Part shown: positions 57,064 to 64,000 of the stretch, piece after piece
How the letters are laid out: the number at the start of each line of letters is the position of its first letter
Numbering within the stretch: the stretch's first letter is position 1
IMG/VR virus record: IMGVR_UViG_3300021256_000056
Location: 1-64,000 of that record
DNA: 64,000 bases
Reading direction: 5' to 3' (one strand)
Source: a virus
Lineage: Duplodnaviria; Caudoviricetes
Notes under the pieces: model-generated
Database searches by the model: none
Seen by the model: the letters and a program-made list of their open reading frames with translations, nothing else
What the model was told of the DNA's origin: nothing
Position numbers and translations under genes: made by a program

Positions 57064-58608
57064 TTACACTGTCCGTCTTTTTATGTATTGTTGAAGAGCT
57101 TCTTTTACCATAATTTTTACATCGTCTTCCTTAATATATATAGTTTCATTTACACTATTTGCTGCATAAGTTTTAAATTTTGCATCAATTACTTCATCGC
57201 TCCACTTAGGGAAGCGTTGTTTCATTTGTTGTTTAGCTTCTTCCTCGGTTGCGTTATTGATAGTGAAAGTTGTTGGCACACCTTGGCTCATAACCTTCAT
57301 TGTAAAAGTATAACGCTTGGGCTGTTGTGCCGCTTTTTGCTGGGCATACTGTAAATGTGGGTTGCCAGTATTTCCGTATAAAAATGACGCAAGGCTATCG
57401 AGTCGAAAATCGGCATTTGTTATTTCATCGTTATAAAGTACATTGAATTCTCCTTTTCTGACATCTGTTAAGATATTATCAAAATTATTAGTTAAATAAT
57501 TACTCGTTCCTTTATTAGGCTTGTGTCTTAATATTGCTCCGTCGTAAATCTCGCACCAGTCGGCATAACTAAATTTGTCCCGAGAATTCAATATATCTTC
57601 CTTTGCATCATACCATCCGTTGGTTGCAACAATTCTATATGCATATTTATATGTTTCTTTTAGTCTGGAGGAAGTGTATGGTTGATTATATTTCATCCTA
57701 AAAAGATACCATGGTGATTTCATTTCTTTTCCACTGGCTATAATTTCACGTTGATAGTCAACTTTAACATCTGGCAGCACACCTTCTATCGAATCTGAGG
57801 TTGTATAATAATATGCCCCAATGTTATTGACTCTGTGATATCTCTTTATATTTCCGTCGGTGGTTACACATAGTATAAGTCTTGCGATATTTGAAGCTGG
57901 GTTAGATTCATAATAACGTATGTAATCATCTGCTTTGTTTTGTGGCGGTATAATGTATCCATAATTAAATACCTTTCCTGTGCGTCTTCCAGTCTCGGGT
58001 GCAGAGAATTGTATTTTAAAGAATTTTATGCCCTTTGACGCCGCCCTGTTGAACTTTTCTTTCATTGCGTCCGTAAAATCCATCTGTTCCATCTGTTCAG
58101 CTTTGGCGATTCTTTCAACGGTGAAGAATTCATTAGATTTCAGGGATACTTGTTCCGCTATCCTCATAAAATCGGGCCCGTGGTGTATAAATTTTTGACG
58201 TGTTGCGGCGAAGAAACCGAAAACGTGCTGACGATAGTGGCACATCTCGTGCACCAATGTGCTTAAAGCTGCTTTTTCAGTCCAATTGTAATTGCCATTT
58301 AGCTGGATTTCGGGATTCATATAATATTCGAAATCCATTGGCTCCATGCTATCTTCCCCATCTATATAATATTGATAACCACTCCCCTCTCGGCTATAGG
58401 GAACCCACTTGTGTTTTACTTGCCAACTGGGCCTTACCTTAAACCATCCTAACGTGCGACCCTGACTTCCCTTACCAGTAGTAAAAAGTGTGAGCTTACA
58501 TTTAGGAAGTATACCATTAAAGAGAAGTTTGTTCATTTCATCAAACTTCTCGGCCATCCATTCTGGGGTAATGGTAATGAGGGTTTTATCGTCTACTTCG
58601 TTAAGCAT
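57064..58608 (-). CDS. SprT-like zinc metalloprotease
   Basis: FDEMNKLLFNG.LP, TLVHEMCH, HGPDF. Confidence 0.85.
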   Translation of the reverse strand: MLNEVDDKTLITITPEWMAEKFDEMNKLLFNGILPKCKLTLFTTGKGSQGRTLGWFKVRPSWQVKHKWVPYSREGSGYQYYIDGEDSMEPMDFEYYMNPEIQLNGNYNWTEKAALSTLVHEMCHYRQHVFGFFAATRQKFIHHGPDFMRIAEQVSLKSNEFFTVERIAKAEQMEQMDFTDAMKEKFNRAASKGIKFFKIQFSAPETGRRTGKVFNYGYIIPPQNKADDYIRYYESNPASNIARLILCVTTDGNIKRYHRVNNIGAYYYTTSDSIEGVLPDVKVDYQREIIASGKEMKSPWYLFRMKYNQPYTSSRLKETYKYAYRIVATNGWYDAKEDILNSRDKFSYADWCEIYDGAILRHKPNKGTSNYLTNNFDNILTDVRKGEFNVLYNDEITNADFRLDSLASFLYGNTGNPHLQYAQQKAAQQPKRYTFTMKVMSQGVPTTFTINNATEEEAKQQMKQRFPKWSDEVIDAKFKTYAANSVNETIYIKEDDVKIMVKEALQQYIKRRTV

Positions 58609-58674
58609 TTATTATAAATAGGCAAATAAAAAGAAAAACCACCATTTACACTTGTGTGTATTTGGTGGTTTTTG

Positions 58675-59289
58675 TGGCCCAGGCGGGACTCGAACCCGCA
58701 CGGCCCTTGCGGGCCAGCAGATTTTCTTACCACTATAGCTTTCACTACCTAAACAACTTCGAACAATCGGGTTGGATTTTCAAGGCTTTATACCCCCAGG
58801 TTGTATAGTTTGTGGTCTGGACTGTATCTTAACCATATTGAAATCTTGCAAGTGTCATACGCATAGTAAACTATAAACATTATAGGTGGAGTCTCTCAGG
58901 TTCCGCTCTTCCTATAAGAGGCTATAGTCTGTTGCCGTAATTCTATTTCAACTTAGGCTCCTCCTGTATCTCGTCTCTACACACATACGTTGCGGGGATG
59001 TCCCGAAAACAAGGCTACTTGCTGCCCTCTGCTACCTTATTAGGGTAGATAGCGTTGCAATTACTTGTTCGTACTTGGCTCGGTATTACCAACAGCGTTA
59101 ATTTTCTCCACTCCATAGAATTCAACTCATTGGCAGTAATCTTCCAATGCTTCACATCTACTTCAACGCTTCCTTGAATTTTAACCTGCTAAGGTTTCAC
59201 CGAATTAGGGAGGTTCTACATCTCTTGTTTCCAAGAGCGCACTCAAATTTTCATTAAGTCTGCCGCGTATACCATTCCGCCACTAGGCC
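58675..59289 (-). tRNA. tRNA-Leu(TAA) split by a group I intron
   Basis: exons GCAGA-CTT | AAAA-TCTGC. Confidence 0.92.
58726..59255 (-). mobile_element. group I intron (IC3-like), no recognisable ORF
   Basis: same P/Q/R/S core as 45798-46432; U34/A35 site as in cyanobacterial and plastid trnL(UAA). Confidence 0.9.
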
Positions 59290-59512
59290 ATAATTTAGTC
59301 TCATATTTAGAGGTATGGTAATTAGCTTTACGACCTGCGTTCATACTCGGTGGGGCGACCATGCCCACCTTTCTTACTGGCGACCCGCATCATTTCATCG
59401 GAGGTCAACATTGTGAATCAGCATTACCTGGTCTTCAACATTAGTATCTTCTTTCCGTCATTCGGAATCTTTTGCCAATCTCTAAACGTTTATTTTCAAA
59501 GAACTTCTTTTG

Positions 59513-60250
59513 TGGTCCCTGTAGGACTTGAACCTACGACCATCTGATTCGTACCACCATAGCTTTTACTACCAAAATTGATTACATGAACAAATCCTAA
59601 GTACCGTATCAGCCTTAAGCCGATTATGCCTACATTATGACCGTCCTACTATAACGGTGTAATCAGTCCTAACATTGCTTCATCCTATTAGGGCACTTTA
59701 ATTTTGTTTGTGGTCTGGACTGTCTCTTAACCATATTGAAATCTTGCAAGTAAGTATTGATGTTTCGAGCATCTACCTCGCTCTTATCGAGCGGATATTC
59801 CATTACCTTCGGAAAATACAATTTCAACTTAGGCTCCTCCTGTATCTCGTCTCTACACACTGTCTAAACAAATAATTGAAATGTAGCTTAGATGTTCTAT
59901 TCTGTAATTCAAACATCAACGACTTTTCATTACATTTCCAACTAACATCGTACCTACAGACGCGATGAATTCATTTGTTTTAACATTGGCTCGGTATTAG
60001 CATATTTGGACTGTCTTCTTACACATAGATTCTAAACGACTGCTATCATTACTGAAATTCAGTTAACTATGTACTACTGTTGACAATACACCAACTAATT
60101 TAGACGATTATCCGATATATTCCTGTACATCCAAACTATAGCTTTTACCGAATTAGGGAGGTTCTACATCCAAGGTTTCCCTTGGTGCACACAATTTCTT
60201 TTCAAAGAACTAATGAGTCAGGTGCTCTAACCAAACTGAGCTAAGGGACC
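59513..60250 (-). tRNA. tRNA-Ile2/Met(CAT) split by a group I intron
   Basis: exons CCTGA-CTCAT | AA-TCAGA. Confidence 0.87.
59550..60212 (-). mobile_element. group I intron (IC3-like) at position 36/37
   Basis: shared core AAGAGACAGTCCAGACCACAAAC and GTGTAGAGACGAGATACAGG; ends GGTACG. Confidence 0.88.
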
Positions 60251-60267
60251 GTTATTGGTGATATCTA

Positions 60268-60283
60268 GCAAAAATCGTGCCAA
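60268..60283 (-). promoter_or_regulatory. sigma54 (-24/-12) promoter at the head of the RNA island
   Basis: TTGGCACGATTTTTGC, 18 nt upstream of the first tRNA. Confidence 0.75.
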
Positions 60284-60298
60284 AGTATCACCATTTTT

Positions 60299-60652
60299 TT
60301 AAGCGGCCTGTTTCTTTACCGTATTACCGCCGAAAATTCGGGTAATAGCATCAAAAATAGCCTTAATGCTCTCCCAGTCGTAAACACCATTTGCTGATGC
60401 GCCGACGATGAGACCACATACGCCACCAACCGCATAATCCCAGGCTCCGAGTCCAAAGGTGAGGCCGTTGAAGAATACAAACCCCTCTGCGCAAAGGACT
60501 GCTACAACCCAAGATACGATGTGCGCCACAGAAGGCTTTTCAATCTTGAAGAGGCCCTTGATGGCCGCGGTAAGAGTGCAGGTTGCTGCGATGATTGAAG
60601 GGATGACATAAGTCATCTGCTTAATCAAATCAATAACATTAATGTCAGTCAT
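60299..60652 (-). CDS. small membrane protein, holin-like
   Basis: three hydrophobic helices, GASANGVYD. Confidence 0.5.
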   Translation of the reverse strand: MTDINVIDLIKQMTYVIPSIIAATCTLTAAIKGLFKIEKPSVAHIVSWVVAVLCAEGFVFFNGLTFGLGAWDYAVGGVCGLIVGASANGVYDWESIKAIFDAITRIFGGNTVKKQAA

Positions 60653-60756
60653 AAATAATACTGTTTTTAAAATTTTATTATCGGTGTTGCAAAAATACGT
60701 TCTTTTTTTTTAAAAACCAAACAATGATGACTATTTATAATAAACTATTCATCAAA

Positions 60757-61083
60757 ATGACACAGGAAGAAATCGTAGCCTTCGTTGAGAGTAGCGTGCT
60801 TTATGGTGATAATGATATTAAAATCATGGATGGATACACTGTTTCCAAGAAGGATTATGATGCCATTTTAAAATGTATTTATGATTCACATCCTGATTCA
60901 CCCGTTTTAACAAACAGATGCTGGGGTAACATTAAGTGCGAGTGGGCAACACATAGCTTCCTATATAAACGTGGTTTATGGGTGTCCCACACTAAGGACG
61001 TTGATATTAATTATCCTTTGAGCGTTTTTGAAAAAATAGCTTACGCCATATTTGGCACAATATGTAAATGGTTAATAAAATAG
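60757..61083 (+). CDS. hypothetical protein
   Basis: ORF after ACTATTTAT; EWATH motif. Confidence 0.6.
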   Translation: MTQEEIVAFVESSVLYGDNDIKIMDGYTVSKKDYDAILKCIYDSHPDSPVLTNRCWGNIKCEWATHSFLYKRGLWVSHTKDVDINYPLSVFEKIAYAIFGTICKWLIK

Positions 61084-61099
61084 GAAAACATTATAAGTA

Positions 61100-61249
61100 A
61101 TGGCTTGTTCATGCAAACAATCGGGTAATCGTCAACCTGCAGGCGTAAAACAGGTTGTAAAAAGAGTGCCAACCAATAAAGAATTGGAGGCTCGCAGAAA
61201 ATCATCAACTACACCTCTTAAAAGAAACGTAGTGAGACGCCCTATTTAA
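61100..61249 (+). CDS. small basic protein (49 aa; not in the ORF track)
   Basis: MACSCKQSG...KRNVVRRPI; follows the upstream + strand gene. Confidence 0.5.
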   Translation: MACSCKQSGNRQPAGVKQVVKRVPTNKELEARRKSSTTPLKRNVVRRPI

Positions 61250-62183
61250 GCGTCTCACCTTCTTTAATATATCCTCTTTCGATAAATTGCTGCTTCAATG
61301 AATCGGCAATTATTTTTATATCTGGGTGTGCGGGGCCAGTTGATTCATCACTTCTTTGCGCCAGGAAATGTTTCCAATCAGACAAATAAGCTGTATGAAC
61401 CATAACTGTATTCGTATCCAGAGGGAGAATTCTTCTTGCCCGTTGCGCTTTCCACCCGAATCTCTGTGTCAATTTAAGATAGCAGAACTCACAAAAGTCA
61501 TTAGCCATTACCCAGTAGTCTATGGGGTGTACTGATTCAACCAAATCATTGCCCATGAAATCTTGAAAAATATATTCAGCCCCGTTGGATTCCCTAAATC
61601 TCTTATAAGACTCTTGGATTGCTTCTTCGGTTATATCCTCATCGTTGGGAAGGCTAATGCTAATGTTATTTCCGAACTTGTCTTTGGAATAATTACAATA
61701 CCTTGTACTCCTTTGTCCTTTAGAGTTCTTTCGGTAGCGATTGATTTCGCTGGCAATCACAATCTGTGTGGCAAATTCAACACTAATTCTCAATTCATGT
61801 TTATCCTCTACGGGAGCGCAAATATACTGCAGGTCATCTAGCCAATTGTTATCAATTATAACCCTGTAGTTAGTAGTTACATAACAGAACGTATCCGATT
61901 CATAAGTTTTTACCCTGGAATATTCATTGTGTTTGTAACGACGATACCTATTGTGGTCATAATCTTCAGTAACTAAATCCCATTTAAGGTATATTGCATT
62001 ACATTCTACGGGTTCCCCGTGACCAGATTGTACAAGATTTTGTACAAATTCTGCTGTGTTGGCTTTGCCCATCTTGTCAGTCGAAGCGTAACAAGTACGG
62101 GCGGCGTATTCAGACATTTTAAGAGCCCCCTCAAGGGTGGGCTCTTGGTCAAGTATTCTTACTGATGGTTTTACTATTTGCAT
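61242..62183 (-). CDS. thyX: FAD-dependent thymidylate synthase
   Basis: AARTCYAS, SGH, STRYCNYSKDKFG, ARRILP, AHPDI. Confidence 0.85.
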   Translation of the reverse strand: MQIVKPSVRILDQEPTLEGALKMSEYAARTCYASTDKMGKANTAEFVQNLVQSGHGEPVECNAIYLKWDLVTEDYDHNRYRRYKHNEYSRVKTYESDTFCYVTTNYRVIIDNNWLDDLQYICAPVEDKHELRISVEFATQIVIASEINRYRKNSKGQRSTRYCNYSKDKFGNNISISLPNDEDITEEAIQESYKRFRESNGAEYIFQDFMGNDLVESVHPIDYWVMANDFCEFCYLKLTQRFGWKAQRARRILPLDTNTVMVHTAYLSDWKHFLAQRSDESTGPAHPDIKIIADSLKQQFIERGYIKEGETLK

Positions 62184-62185
62184 AA

Positions 62186-62866
62186 CTACTTCGTAGATTC
62201 AACCACATTATCAATAAGCCCAAATTCGAGTGCGTCCTTAGCGGTGAACCAATTGTCTCTATCTACTGCCTCTGCGATTTCTTCGATACTCTTTCCTGTG
62301 TTGTTCGCAAGGATTTCATTAAGTGTTTGCTGGAGTCTTTCAGAATGCTGAAGGTTGATTTTCATGTCAGCGAATACGCCTTCATTGTAACCCCTTAGCT
62401 GATGAATCATTATTTCGCCATGAGTAAGTGAGTTTCGCCTCCCCTTTGTACCAGATGAAAGGAGTACCGCTCCCATTGAGGCACACATACCAACACAATA
62501 GGTAGAAACATCGGGCTTTACATATTTCATGATATCATATATTGCCAAGCCGTCAATAACTGAACCTCCTGGACTATTGATGAAGAGTTTAACTTCCTCA
62601 TCGCCAACTGAATTTAGGTACATGAGCTGCGCCACAACAATATTCGCAACATCTTCGTCAATCGCAGTTCCAAGATACAGCACTCTGTCATAAAGTAAGC
62701 GTGAAAAGACGTCGAGTCCAATGACGTTCATCTCCCTCTCCTCCAAAATCATAGGGTTGATTCCCCCATAATTCTTGAAATTAAATTTATTATAGCCATT
62801 CAGGGTGTTAGTGCTGATTCCCTTTGATACTGCAAATTTTTCAAACTCGTTTAACTTTGTGTTCAT
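62186..62866 (-). CDS. clpP: ATP-dependent Clp protease proteolytic subunit
   Basis: DVFSRLL, INSPGGSV, CASMG, IMIHQ, DRDNW. Confidence 0.95.
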   Translation of the reverse strand: MNTKLNEFEKFAVSKGISTNTLNGYNKFNFKNYGGINPMILEEREMNVIGLDVFSRLLYDRVLYLGTAIDEDVANIVVAQLMYLNSVGDEEVKLFINSPGGSVIDGLAIYDIMKYVKPDVSTYCVGMCASMGAVLLSSGTKGRRNSLTHGEIMIHQLRGYNEGVFADMKINLQHSERLQQTLNEILANNTGKSIEEIAEAVDRDNWFTAKDALEFGLIDNVVESTK

Positions 62867-62916
62867 GTTTATAAAATTTTTAACAAAAATACATACTAAA
62901 ATTGAGAAATCCAAAA

Positions 62917-63750
62917 CTAGTAGTTTAATAATTCTTCCTTATCTTCCTCAATATCCTTAATATCATTGATTTGAAATTTATAGAAAGCGTTATCAGGGTT
63001 CTCTACTTCTATGAATTCATAGGTATTTTCGTCCCCAAGTGTCCATAAAACAAATCCATGTTGAGTGATTGTTTCACCAAAATCCTTTTGTTTAATGCTG
63101 GAACAATATACAACCCTTACACCATTCTTCTTTATTTCTTGATACTTATGGATATGTCCAGCGATAACAAAATCCAGGCCCTTAAAGACGCCTGCGTCAA
63201 GGCCGTTTTCCGTAATTCTACCATTAAACGCGCTGGCTCCATTAACGTCTCCGTGTACTAATCCGATTAATTTTTTACCTGGATAACGAAGTTTTGCTTC
63301 CTCAATATCGGGGCGGTTGTAATCATTAAATATTGAATATAGACACCACACAATATTATCGTCTTCATATAATCCAGATTGATAATCCAGTGCTGCATCA
63401 AGATACGTTATATTTTCATAATCCCCTATCTGGAAGATTGGACTTATTGAATCAACTCTCTGTAAGTTATATAAGACAAGGTCATGGTTCCCCGCTATAA
63501 CAATTGTTTTACAGATTGAATTGAGTTCCCTTAAAAACCAGCCAACAGCAAGAAAGCTTTCATTGCTGGCATTTATTTTACTTTCAAAAATATCTCCACC
63601 GACGACAATTCTTACATTGTCGGGAGACTCCTCTTTTGAAACTATTTCTCTACATTTATCAAGAAATGTCGTTAGAACTTCCTGGAGGTCGGTAAGACCT
63701 TCGAGATTCCTAAAATGTATGTCCGCGCAAGCGATAATTTTTTTTACCAT
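62917..63750 (-). CDS. SbcD/gp47-like metallophosphoesterase nuclease
   Basis: ADIH, GGDIF, GNHD, HG, GHIH, QKDFGE. Confidence 0.85.
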   Translation of the reverse strand: MVKKIIACADIHFRNLEGLTDLQEVLTTFLDKCREIVSKEESPDNVRIVVGGDIFESKINASNESFLAVGWFLRELNSICKTIVIAGNHDLVLYNLQRVDSISPIFQIGDYENITYLDAALDYQSGLYEDDNIVWCLYSIFNDYNRPDIEEAKLRYPGKKLIGLVHGDVNGASAFNGRITENGLDAGVFKGLDFVIAGHIHKYQEIKKNGVRVVYCSSIKQKDFGETITQHGFVLWTLGDENTYEFIEVENPDNAFYKFQINDIKDIEEDKEELLNY

Positions 63751-63751
63751 A

Positions 63752-64000
63752 TTATATTATTAATTCAAAATCAGTAAATGTTCTTTGGTCTTGGAGGATT
63801 TCGATAATGGCTTCTTTCCCTCCAGCTTCATACGCTTCACCAAAGTCCTTATATTTGTCCATTCTAATGTAACGAATTTTCCCTTTCAATCTCCCCCAAT
63901 CAAGAATTTTATATATCCGTTTTGTTTCCTGTATTTGCGTATCGGCGTCCAAACATATAATAATATTGGCGTTGGCTTTCTCATATAGTTTTTGATATAG
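63752..64000 (-). CDS. DNA primase, TOPRIM C-terminal part (truncated by the window edge)
   Basis: frame open to the edge: ANANIIICLDAD...KDFGE. Confidence 0.7.
   Translation of the reverse strand, partial: LYQKLYEKANANIIICLDADTQIQETKRIYKILDWGRLKGKIRYIRMDKYKDFGEAYEAGGKEAIIEILQDQRTFTDFELII

Noticed and set aside
38215-60250. Many short ORF-track calls overlapping tRNAs or introns (e.g. 45386-45709, 46346-46693, 48254-48742, 59669-59860)
   Set aside because: They are shadow translations of structured RNA genes with no protein motifs.
38048-60250. Theta (HDV-like) ribozymes at tRNA 3' ends
   Set aside because: I could not find a convincing nested double pseudoknot by eye in the trailers I examined; a motif search is needed to exclude them.
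1-64000. Genome-wide TAG recoding (code 15) as in Lak phages
   Set aside because: Long conserved genes are intact under code 11 and several end at TAG at their natural C-termini.

Overview
This is a segment of a large tailed phage genome, nearly all on the minus strand and read in the standard code. The host is probably a Bacteroidota: TAnnTTTG -7 promoters recur and the tmRNA tag is GNNTYAIAA. Bases 1-38 kb are accessory and metabolic genes. They include an NAD+ set (PncA, Prs/Adps-like, a Nampt-like enzyme lacking the nicotinamide-selecting Asp, NadE), RNA/tRNA repair enzymes (Thg1-like, Rnl2-like ligase, HAD, cyclic-phosphate receiver, nucleotidyltransferase), rmlC-D-A, DnaK, YqeY, thioredoxin and an amidase. 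Bases 38-60 kb are an RNA island. It holds about 36 tRNAs covering all 20 amino acids (four carrying group I introns, one CUA suppressor-like), tmRNA, HNH endonucleases, many aberrant tRNA-like genes and several unexplained structured RNAs. The most striking feature is a 12-copy RNA module, a helix followed by ACAGCAA. It appears as an insert in tRNA anticodon stems, as the clamp of circularly permuted tRNAs, and as a clamp around bare anticodon stem-loops. This suggests an undescribed anticodon-display (decoy or sensor) system or a tRNA-splicing system. Bases 60-64 kb encode ThyX, ClpP, an SbcD-like nuclease and a primase C-terminus. All calls were made by eye; no database search was run.
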